A stretch of DNA of 64,000 bases from Deltaproteobacteria bacterium. GTDB lineage: Bacteria > Desulfobacterota > GWC2-55-46. The DNA lies in contig JACPGB010000024.1 in the NCBI GenBank assembly GCA_016182655.1, positions 30,549-94,548 of the forward strand, given 5' to 3'. The position numbers and the translations under genes are program-made. The notes beneath the pieces are model-generated. The model had not been told where the DNA came from. It saw only the letters and a list, made by a program, of their open reading frames with translations, and searched no databases. Shown in pieces: positions 46,625 to 54,534 of this stretch (position 1 is the stretch's first letter; each line of letters begins with the position of its first letter).

Positions 46625-46753
46625 CTTTAAAAGCATGGTCTCCCATTTGACCTTTTTGTCAAAGATAGACGCCGGATGTGGACCCCCTATTTTCTAAAGA
46701 GGGGCCGGGGGAGCGAAACGCGGTATAAAGCCGCTATTGCGTTCCACCATAGT

Positions 46754-46880
46754 TTGCGAACGCGAGAAATGGTCTTTAGACGAGGCGCGCGACGAGGAAA
46801 ACCGCAGGCGTACTTGGTGTGTACGTCGAGGATTTCCCGAGGAGTGCAACGCAGTATAAAGACATTTATCGCGTTCGTCA
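46754..46880. repeat. ~127-bp imperfect hairpin element, family B
   Basis: Arms CGAACGCGAGAAATGGTCTTTA / TAAAGACATTTATCGCGTTCG; apex CGTAC-N7-GTACG. Confidence 0.75.
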
Positions 46881-48236
46881 GAAGGCCTTGATGGGTATTG
46901 AGACCGTCGCCTGCATATCCGGCGCGTCTGCGGTTATGCCGATCCCGAGCGATACGTCGAGCGAGACCTTTCTTGAAAGTATATAAGAGGCCCCTACCCT
47001 GAGCATACCGACGGTAAGGTTCGTCCCCGGAACATCCTCTCCCTGGAGCGTCGTCTCTCCGGTAAACCTCTGGTCCCACCCGAAGTTTATAGACGCATCG
47101 GGGTTCAGCGACAACCCCATGCCGAGCTGGAACCCGGCGGTATCTCCGGGGTCTATCCGCCCCGAGGTCTTGTGCGCGGGGAGGTTCGCGGTGTACGAAA
47201 ACCCGGCGTAGAGCGCGAGCGGGTCCCGGAGCTTGAGCATCGTCGCGGTCGCCTGTATGCCGTTAAAGCCCGTGCCGAGCGCAAGGTCGTCGTCCGTTAT
47301 GCCGAACGGGCTTTTCCCGGTCGTCGTCTTCCACCGGAGGCCCGTAAGCAGGTCCGGGAACCAACCCTTCTCCTTTAATGCCTGCCATGTGAGCCCGGCC
47401 TCGATGTCGCCGAAGCCGGTCGTCGAGTGTTTCGTCTCGACATTCTCGGTTGTGACCTTTTTTTCGTTTGCGTGGCTGTAAGGGACGTAGACCTCGGCCT
47501 GGAGGTCCCTGGGGAGCCCGAGCCGGAACGTCAGCGACGGCATATAGGTGTCCCTCCTTACCCGTTCGGAAGTTATGTCGCCGACGACGAGTATCGGGAG
47601 GATCGTGAAGCCGTCGACGATGACCTCTTCCGAGGACGAATGTATGTAGGTAAAGCCGGGCGAGACTTCGAGGGACCAGGGAGCAAGGAGCAGACCGCCC
47701 TTTTCTATGACCGTCCTTTCCAGCGCGGTACGGGCCGCGTCTTCGTCGGCGGACGAGGCCCGCTCCGGCGTTATCGCGCCGGCCTTTTGGGCGTTACGGA
47801 GGCCGTCGACCTCGAGCTCAAGCATCTCTATCCTTCTTTTAAGCTCCTCGGCCTCCCTTTCCCTTTGCCAGAGGATATGGGCGGGCGGCATCCTGAGCCC
47901 CTCGTCCGAGAGCGTCTCGTCGATCGGTTCCGTTGCAGGGGCCGCCTCCGGCACAAGCACCGTCTCGCTTTCCGATACCTGCTCCGATACGGGCTCGGCA
48001 TCAAGCGCCGGTTCAGGCTCGCTGTCCGTCTCGACGCCCTCGGGTCCGCGCTCTGATACGGGCTCCGCCTCTTCAGGGGCGTAGCCGGCCTCTTCCTGCG
48101 AATGGACCGTCTCTTCCGTTACGCCATCGTCAACCGAAGCCTCTTCCGAGAGAGCTACAGCCGGTAAAGCCGCGAGTAAAACGGAGAGGAGTACCGCGAT
48201 AAGCGAAAAAAAGTATGCTGTTTTCTTAAGGGCCAT
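46878..48236 (-). CDS. FapF-like outer-membrane beta-barrel secretion channel
   Basis: Signal peptide, acidic linker, coiled coil (EELKRRIEMLELEVDGL), GFGDIE, PD...RWK..TGKSPFG, DP.ALY, GITADAPD, C-terminal F. Confidence 0.8.
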   Translation of the reverse strand: MALKKTAYFFSLIAVLLSVLLAALPAVALSEEASVDDGVTEETVHSQEEAGYAPEEAEPVSERGPEGVETDSEPEPALDAEPVSEQVSESETVLVPEAAPATEPIDETLSDEGLRMPPAHILWQREREAEELKRRIEMLELEVDGLRNAQKAGAITPERASSADEDAARTALERTVIEKGGLLLAPWSLEVSPGFTYIHSSSEEVIVDGFTILPILVVGDITSERVRRDTYMPSLTFRLGLPRDLQAEVYVPYSHANEKKVTTENVETKHSTTGFGDIEAGLTWQALKEKGWFPDLLTGLRWKTTTGKSPFGITDDDLALGTGFNGIQATATMLKLRDPLALYAGFSYTANLPAHKTSGRIDPGDTAGFQLGMGLSLNPDASINFGWDQRFTGETTLQGEDVPGTNLTVGMLRVGASYILSRKVSLDVSLGIGITADAPDMQATVSIPIKAF

Positions 48237-48969
48237 GCCTTGTCGGTGGGTCGGGCCTTATGCCGGATACCGCCCTTCCCAGGGCGGCGCCGTCGGTTAC
48301 GAGGAAGTCTTCCGCGCCAGGGTCCAGCCCGCCGGAGATCTCAGTCCCCTCTTTTTTCAGTACGAAACCTATGCCGTTTTTCCAGATCTCCAGAAACTTG
48401 TTCTTCCGCATGGTGACCGTTCCGTAGACCGGGTCCGAGAAGAGGACGCGGTCGCCGTACACCCCCCTGAACACCACGAAGTGGTCGTAATTTTTTATGT
48501 TAACGGGGATTATTGCCGGGGTTTTGAACCCTGTCAAGTCGTCGAGCGTAAGTTCCGCGTACCCTGCGCCCTTGTACCCGTACCTGTCCGAGAATTTTTT
48601 GAGGTCCATGAGAGAGAAGCCGCCCCTCGCCCTGACCTTCAAGGGGTCCGTGGTCTTCAATATCCCGATGATTATCTCGCTTTCCGGGACAGGGTCGTTG
48701 TAATGATACGTAAGGAGCGTGGAGAGCGCGGCGGCCCCGCAGCTCATGTCCCACTTCTGCTTAACGACGTTCGTCTGCCGGAGTTCCTGGAACGAGCGCA
48801 CCCCGGCCTCGGCCCTTGTCCCCCCTATTCCGAGCGGCAGTACGCCGCCGTCCGCCGCTTGCGCGGCCGACAGGACGATCAAGACTATCAAGGCGCATCT
48901 TGCGAGCAATCTTTGCCTCCTTGTAAAAAAAGGCCATGCCGGGGCGGGAAGCCCGGCATGGCCTCGCAT
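48226..48969 (-). CDS. Stand-alone exported C39 cysteine peptidase (FapD-like)
   Basis: VVKQKWDMSCGAAAL, GFSLMDLK, HFVV, DP..G. Confidence 0.9.
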   Translation of the reverse strand: MRGHAGLPAPAWPFFTRRQRLLARCALIVLIVLSAAQAADGGVLPLGIGGTRAEAGVRSFQELRQTNVVKQKWDMSCGAAALSTLLTYHYNDPVPESEIIIGILKTTDPLKVRARGGFSLMDLKKFSDRYGYKGAGYAELTLDDLTGFKTPAIIPVNIKNYDHFVVFRGVYGDRVLFSDPVYGTVTMRKNKFLEIWKNGIGFVLKKEGTEISGGLDPGAEDFLVTDGAALGRAVSGIRPDPPTRHGP

Positions 48970-49899
48970 TTAGCGGGTCTGATACAGGTTGTTGTACTGG
49001 GAGGGGGCCGAGATCGTCTGGGCCGTCGCGGCGCCGCCGTTGACCGAGATCGAGCCGAGCGCGATGTTCACGCCGTTCAACGCGAGGCTCGACGAGGCGT
49101 TCGTCACGTTGAGCGCGGAAGCGCCCTGGAACGAATCACAGCCAAGGGTAACGTCGTCCTCCCTCGCGACCTCGAGGTCGGAGGAGTCGCCTGTGATGTA
49201 GGTGGCGACCGCGTAATCGAGCTCGGAGGTGGTCTCGCTTGACGAGCACGACTCGGCGGTCTCGAACGAGTTGTTCATCGCGGAGGAGCATGAAGCGCCC
49301 GCCGCCGTTACGCAGGCCGCGCCCCTGTCGGCGGTAGCGTAGCCTACGTCATAGACCTCGGCGTAGATCGTATTGTCCGTCCCATTTCCGGCCGCGGCCG
49401 CGCCCCTGCCGTAGTTGGCGTCGAGCGAGGCGGAATCGAGCGAGAACGAGAAGCCGTTCTCATAGGACAGCCCGTTTATGGCGATGCTCAGCGTCGCCGG
49501 GTCCACCCCCGCCGAGCTGTGCGTCACATCCGAGTAGCTGCTTGCTCTCTCGCCATAGTGATCGCCGTGAGTGATGTACCCCGCGTCGGCGTTTGCATAC
49601 TGCTCCATCGTGTTGTTCTGCTGGAAGTCTCCCGCGTAGCCGAGGAAGTTGACGCCGTTCGCGGCGAGGCTCTCCGCCGTATTCGAGATGTTCAGCGCCT
49701 GCGAGTCGGCAAGGGAGGAGCCGCTTAACGCCACTTCCCCTGTTTCGCTTATCGACGCCGAGGCGTCATTTCCTATTATGGCGCTCCCGGCGACGACGCC
49801 GTCGAGATCCCCGTCAGTCAGCGCCTTCGGGGCCGCGGAGGCCTGGGAGGCCCAGGCGAGGACCACGATGCCGAGAGACGCGACAATGAATCTTTTCAT
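48970..49899 (-). CDS. Secreted N/S/A/G-rich repeat protein, putative amyloid subunit 2
   Basis: Sec signal, ALTDGDLDGVVAG leader, two ALN.[ST]N..S..ANGVN..Q.N..Q repeats; paralog of 50356-51240. Confidence 0.75.
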   Translation of the reverse strand: MKRFIVASLGIVVLAWASQASAAPKALTDGDLDGVVAGSAIIGNDASASISETGEVALSGSSLADSQALNISNTAESLAANGVNFLGYAGDFQQNNTMEQYANADAGYITHGDHYGERASSYSDVTHSSAGVDPATLSIAINGLSYENGFSFSLDSASLDANYGRGAAAAGNGTDNTIYAEVYDVGYATADRGAACVTAAGASCSSAMNNSFETAESCSSSETTSELDYAVATYITGDSSDLEVAREDDVTLGCDSFQGASALNVTNASSSLALNGVNIALGSISVNGGAATAQTISAPSQYNNLYQTR

Positions 49900-49937
49900 T
49901 TAACGCTCCTTTCTGTTGTTAAGCCCGCTGACCGCCC

Positions 49938-50336
49938 TCAGAGACTGCCCGAGAGGTTCAACTGTTGCAGCGAGCCGACGCTTGAGTTGACGTTGATGTT
50001 GAGGTTCAATAGGACCTGTATCGCAGAGTCCACCGCGGTGATGTTGACGAGTGAGCTAAGGCCGCTCTGCGCGTTGCCGCTTATCGCGATCGACCCGAGC
50101 TTATCCGGCGCGCCCATGAGAAGGTCGAGCGAGCCGTCGCCCGAAACGTCAAAGTCGTCTCCCGCCTTGCTGAAGCTGAAGTACATGGTCGAGTCGACGA
50201 ACTCCGTGTTGACCGAGCCCGCCGCGACAGTCTCCATCTCTGCGTCCGATAGCGCCCTCCCGGCCATCGCGCCGCCGGGGTACAGGAGCGAGGCGGCGGC
50301 GAGTACCGAGAGGGCGAGCATCGCTTTTTTCTTCAT
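49938..50336 (-). CDS. Small secreted protein with one related repeat (minor subunit/FapE-like role)
   Basis: Start MKKKAML (SD GGAGG); ALSDAEMETVAAG leader; ISGNAQSGLSSLVNITAVDSAIQVLLNLNINVN. Confidence 0.7.
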   Translation of the reverse strand: MKKKAMLALSVLAAASLLYPGGAMAGRALSDAEMETVAAGSVNTEFVDSTMYFSFSKAGDDFDVSGDGSLDLLMGAPDKLGSIAISGNAQSGLSSLVNITAVDSAIQVLLNLNINVNSSVGSLQQLNLSGSL

Positions 50337-50355
50337 ACCCCTCCTCCCGCCGCTC

Positions 50356-51240
50356 TTAGCGGTACTGGTAGACATTGTTGACCTGGCTTACGCAGTAGGA
50401 GGAGCCGCCCCACGCGACGTTCACCGCGTTCGCAACCGCGCTTGACGCCGCGTTCACGACATTAAAGGCCGATATGCCCTGCATGGCGTTGCCGGAAAGG
50501 CTCACGCTGTTGTTCGTCTCGACATCGAGCTCCGAGCCGTCGCCGGTCATGTAGGTCGCGTAGGCGTCCTGGATCTGGGATGTGGTCGAGTGCTCCTCGT
50601 TCTGGTTCTCGTTCTGATAATCGGTGTTAAGCGCCGCCGAGCAGGAAGAGCCCGCGCCGGTAACGCACGCCACCCCCTTGTCGGCCGAGGCGTTGCCTAC
50701 GTCGTAGAGCTCGGTATAGGCGTTGTCCCCGGCTACGGCCGAACCCCTGCCGTAGTTGGCGTCAAGGGAGGCCGAGTCGAGCGAGAATGAGAAGCCGTCC
50801 TCAAGCGTCACCCCGTTTATGGCGATGTTGAGGCTTGCGGGCTCGACCCCTGCCGAGCTGTGGAAGGTCTCGGAGGTATGATTGCTATTGGACGCATACG
50901 AGTCCTGGTGGTTCCAGTTCGATACGTAAGCCTGCTCGTCCTGCGTGATATTGTTGGCCTGGTCTATGACCGAGCTCGATCCGATGATGTTAACACCGTT
51001 GGCGACGAGGCTCTCGGAGGCGTTCGTGAAGTTCAGGGCCGAGGCGTCGGAGGCCGCATAGCCGGAGAGGTCCACGGTCCCGGTCGTCTGTATCGAGGCC
51101 GAGGAATCAAAGCCCACTATGGCGCTGCCTGCGGCGATGGAATCGAGCTCTCCGTCGGTAAGGGCCTTCGGGGCCGCGGACGCGTCAAACGCGAACGCCA
51201 AGAGGAACACTCCCATTGAGGCAAGGACCAATCTTTTCAT
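50356..51240 (-). CDS. Secreted N/S/A/G-rich repeat protein, putative amyloid subunit 1 (294 aa)
   Basis: Start MKRLVLAS (SD AAGGAG); ALTDGELDSIAAG leader; two imperfect repeats flanking a Cys-containing linker. Confidence 0.75.
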   Translation of the reverse strand: MKRLVLASMGVFLLAFAFDASAAPKALTDGELDSIAAGSAIVGFDSSASIQTTGTVDLSGYAASDASALNFTNASESLVANGVNIIGSSSVIDQANNITQDEQAYVSNWNHQDSYASNSNHTSETFHSSAGVEPASLNIAINGVTLEDGFSFSLDSASLDANYGRGSAVAGDNAYTELYDVGNASADKGVACVTGAGSSCSAALNTDYQNENQNEEHSTTSQIQDAYATYMTGDGSELDVETNNSVSLSGNAMQGISAFNVVNAASSAVANAVNVAWGGSSYCVSQVNNVYQYR

Positions 51241-51365
51241 TTCTTTCTCCTTTTCTTTTTTGATTTTGTAAAATGAATGCCCATGAAGAGCATGAGGCAA
51301 TGAAAAAATTTCGCACGCCGCCCGGTTACCACCTCCTTTTCCTTTCAGGGTTGGATGATGTATAT

Positions 51366-51381
51366 AGCAAGAACCGTGCCT
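51366..51381 (-). promoter_or_regulatory. sigma54 (-24/-12) promoter of the Fap-like operon
   Basis: AGGCACG-gttc-TTGCT versus TGGCACG-N4-TTGCW. Confidence 0.8.
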
Positions 51382-51580
51382 CGGCACGCGGCTCGGCCGT
51401 ATGTCGCCGATATCGTTCGGGAACTTGAATGGCGCGGCCTAAAAGGCCTGAGAGGGGCGGGACAAGGCGTAAACTGAAGGCGACTCGCAACACTCCACCC
51501 GGGGTGACAGTCTTTCAGAAGGGAGTGGAAAAGCCCGCCATCGGCGCGGGCGTTGTGCCCCTCGGGTGTTCGGCGGGAAA

Positions 51581-51618
51581 CTGTAAAAAATCCTTACAGC
51601 GTAAAAAATATTTTTACG
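51581..51618. promoter_or_regulatory. Tandem palindromes, candidate enhancer (UAS) sites
   Basis: CTGTAA-N7-TTACAG and CGTAAAAA-N3-TTTTTACG ~200 bp upstream of the sigma54 site. Confidence 0.5.
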
Positions 51619-51644
51619 TTTCAGGAAAAACTTTTTAGAAAAAA

Positions 51645-52250
51645 TTATTTCCAGGGTGACCTTTTCTTTACGTCCATCCAGGTGAGCCTGTTTATTATGT
51701 AAAGGAGCGCCGTTAGGACGGCCATGTAAACGATGACCTTCGCGCCGACCGACGACCTCTCCTTGGCGGGCTCCGCGGCCTCGAGCAGGAACGCGGCCGC
51801 GTCGTTCGCCTTTTTCTTGAGCTCCGGGTCGTCGAGCGGGATCGGCGGCGGCATGGCTATCGCCCCCTCGGTCTGCGTCTCCTCGGCAAATGCCGCGTTC
51901 ATCATCCGCCCGTCCTCGCCGACCGAGTAGCTTGTAAGTAGCCTGTAGATGTACTCCGCGCCCTCGGTCCCCTTGCCTCTGGAGATCGCCATGAGGCTCA
52001 AGTCGGGCGCCTCGGCCCCCAACGAGGCCTTCATCGCCTCGGTCTCCATCTGGGGCTTTATCCCCTCCCTGTGCTCTGCGTCCCTGTAATATTTGAGGCC
52101 GTGGCAGAGCGCGCATTGCGACAGATACACCTCTTTACCCCTCCCTACCGCCTCCCTGGAGAGGTCGAGTCTTACGCGCTCCGCGCTTGAGCCCGCGCGC
52201 GGGGCCGTCAACATGAATATAAAAAGGATAAGAGGCGCGAGGATGCGCAT
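51645..52250 (-). CDS. petC: Cytochrome c1
   Basis: CALCH, APDLSL, distal MPP, C-terminal TM..W.DV. Confidence 0.9.
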   Translation of the reverse strand: MRILAPLILFIFMLTAPRAGSSAERVRLDLSREAVGRGKEVYLSQCALCHGLKYYRDAEHREGIKPQMETEAMKASLGAEAPDLSLMAISRGKGTEGAEYIYRLLTSYSVGEDGRMMNAAFAEETQTEGAIAMPPPIPLDDPELKKKANDAAAFLLEAAEPAKERSSVGAKVIVYMAVLTALLYIINRLTWMDVKKRSPWK

Positions 52251-53477
52251 TCAATCCCCCCTGTCTTCAGTTGAAAGAAACTCCCCTGCCGGGGTCCTCA
52301 CCGGCTCGTAGTAGGACACTATCGGCATGGTTATGAAATAAAGCAGGTAATATGACGCCGCGAACACCCCGAGCGTGTGCATGGTGACGCCGAGAAATGA
52401 GACCGCGTTCGGCTGGTACTTGCCCACGTACCCGAGGAGGACGAAGTCAACGAAGAATATCCATGTGAGGACCCTCTTTACGGGCCTGTAGCGCGCGCTC
52501 CTCACTTTCGAGCGGTCGAGGACCGGGAGCAACCCTATGGACAATATGGCTGTGGCGAGCGCGACGACCCCGCCGAGCTTGCTCGGCACGGTCTTCAATA
52601 TCGCGTAGAACGGAAGAAGGTACCATTCGGCTACTATGTTAAGCGGCGTTTCCAGCGGGTTCGCGGGCTCGTTATTGACCGGCTCAAGGAACATCCTCGG
52701 GTCGAAGAAGACGATGTAGAGGAAAACAAGCGCGTAAAGGGCCAAGAACCAGAGGTCCTTGGTCACGTAGTACGGATAGAACGGCACGGAGAGCGGCCAC
52801 TTCTTGTCGAAATCCACGCCCTCGGGGTTGTTCGAGCCGGTCATGCGGAGCGCTATCAAATGGAGGGCTATAAGCGAGCCGATTACCGCTACGGGAATGA
52901 ACGTCGTGTGCAGGGCGAAGAACCTCGTCAACGTCGCGTCCCCCATCGCGAAGTCGCCCCTTATCAAGGCCGTCAGCCCGGGCCCGACGACGGGTATGAC
53001 TGTGAACACGTTCGTTATCGCAGTCGCGCCCCAAAAAGACATCTGCCCCCACGGGAGCACATATCCCATGAACGCCTCGGCCATGAACGACAGAAAGATG
53101 AAAAACCCTATGTACCAGAGGAGCTCCCTCGGCTTCTTGTACGAGCCGTAATACAGCCCCCTTGCCATATGGACGTAGATGGCCACGAATATCGCCGTGG
53201 AGCCGTTTGCGTGGATGTTCCTTATGAGCCAGCCCCAGTGGACCTCACGCATGATGTACTGGACCGAGTCGAAGGCCAGCGCCGCGTCCGGCTTGTAGAA
53301 CATCGCGAGCCAGATCCCGGTTATGACCTGGACCGCGTAGAAGGTCCCGGCTATCGCGCCGAAGTTCCAGAGGTAGCTCAGGTTCCTCGGGGCGTGGTAG
53401 CCGGTAAGGTTCTTCTCGATGAAGTCGGATAGCGGTAATCGCCTGTTTATCCAGTCAAGCACACCCTTTGGACTCAT
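52251..53477 (-). CDS. petB: Cytochrome b of the bc1 complex
   Basis: IHANG..VHMARGLYYGSY, GYVLPWGQMSFWGA, TLTRFFALH, PFYPYY..KD, EWY. Confidence 0.95.
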   Translation of the reverse strand: MSPKGVLDWINRRLPLSDFIEKNLTGYHAPRNLSYLWNFGAIAGTFYAVQVITGIWLAMFYKPDAALAFDSVQYIMREVHWGWLIRNIHANGSTAIFVAIYVHMARGLYYGSYKKPRELLWYIGFFIFLSFMAEAFMGYVLPWGQMSFWGATAITNVFTVIPVVGPGLTALIRGDFAMGDATLTRFFALHTTFIPVAVIGSLIALHLIALRMTGSNNPEGVDFDKKWPLSVPFYPYYVTKDLWFLALYALVFLYIVFFDPRMFLEPVNNEPANPLETPLNIVAEWYLLPFYAILKTVPSKLGGVVALATAILSIGLLPVLDRSKVRSARYRPVKRVLTWIFFVDFVLLGYVGKYQPNAVSFLGVTMHTLGVFAASYYLLYFITMPIVSYYEPVRTPAGEFLSTEDRGD

Positions 53478-53496
53478 GCCTATGGTCTCCTTTGGG

Positions 53497-54096
53497 TTAC
53501 CTGGCCTCGGGGAGCTGTGTTATGGTCCTCGCGTCCTCGCCGTAGCCTCCGAAGGCCTCTGTGCCGAGGATGAGCGTCCTGTCGTCGACGATCTTATAAG
53601 GGAGCAGGTGCAGGTTTTCAGGCGGAGGCCCGCCGAGGCGGCGTCCGAGGGTGTCGTACAGCCCGCCGTGGCAGAGGCAGTAAAATCCGGGCTCTTCGCC
53701 CTTGGGGAGCCTGTCCGGCATGAACCTGGGCACGCACCCGAGATGCGTGCATATGCCGATGCCGACAAAGATGTCGGGGCGATAAGAGCGCTCGGAAACC
53801 GTAGCCGGGTCGGCAAGCTCCGAGGGGTCGGTCTCCTCGGTCGTCCTTATCATCCGGGAAGTCCTCCGGAGGATAAAGACAGGGGACTTCCTCCAGACGA
53901 CCTTCTTGAAACCGCCCTCCTTGAGGTCCGAGATGTCGACCTCCGTTCTCCCGGATGCGAGTATCCCCTTCGAGGGCTCCATGGCCCTGATAAACGGTAT
54001 GGCCGATGCGACGGCCCCTGCCGCCCCCATCACCGAGGCCGTAGCCACAAGGATCTTAAGGAACTTCCTCCGGGTAAGCTCTTCCTCTCCGCCCAC
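53497..54096 (-). CDS. petA: Rieske iron-sulfur subunit
   Basis: GTG start after AAGGAGG; Tat motif TRRKFLK; CTHLGC and CLCHG. Confidence 0.92.
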   Translation of the reverse strand: MGGEEELTRRKFLKILVATASVMGAAGAVASAIPFIRAMEPSKGILASGRTEVDISDLKEGGFKKVVWRKSPVFILRRTSRMIRTTEETDPSELADPATVSERSYRPDIFVGIGICTHLGCVPRFMPDRLPKGEEPGFYCLCHGGLYDTLGRRLGGPPPENLHLLPYKIVDDRTLILGTEAFGGYGEDARTITQLPEAR

Positions 54097-54351
54097 GGTG
54101 CGCCTCCTTGAAAGGCAAAGCGTCAAACCAAAGCCCTGCGCTCCTCGGCGCGCTTAGGGCTACCGTGTTCCGACGCTTTTGCACGACGCGTAATCGATCA
54201 TGCCGCCATGAGAGGATATTGTACGGCTTTCCCCTCACTATTAAAGTCTATCAGAGGAAATCGGATATGCACGGGGAGCGGGCCTTGAAAGTCGGCAACC
54301 CTGGGGATCGGCTACAAGAATTCCACTATTTCCACGGGGTATCTCATCAAA

Positions 54352-54390
54352 CTTCCCTCCCTTGACGGGAGGGGGTCGTGGGGAGGGTGG
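54352..54390. repeat. Single CCCTCCC/GGGAGGG REP unit
   Basis: CCCTCCC-ttgac-GGGAGGGG..GGGAGGGTG, as in the other copies. Confidence 0.75.
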
Positions 54391-54484
54391 AAAAACGGCC
54401 CGCCTCTCCATATGCATACCCGACGAAGGCAGGGGACTAAAAATTGCGGCAAACCCGGGCGGGGTATTTCCGCCGGGAGAAATA

Positions 54485-54525
54485 AAAAAAAGGCCGCGCG
54501 GACGGTTTCGTCCGCGCGGCCCTTT
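54485..54525 (-). terminator. Intrinsic terminator of the sigma factor gene
   Basis: GGCCGCGCGGACG/CGTCCGCGCGGCC stem plus T-tract on minus. Confidence 0.9.
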
Positions 54526-54534
54526 GCAGAAGGC

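Noticed and set aside
46437-46891. Short ORFs over 46437-46891, 18106-18375 and 60649-61199
   Set aside because: Translations of REP and palindrome repeats, with no SD or protein-like features
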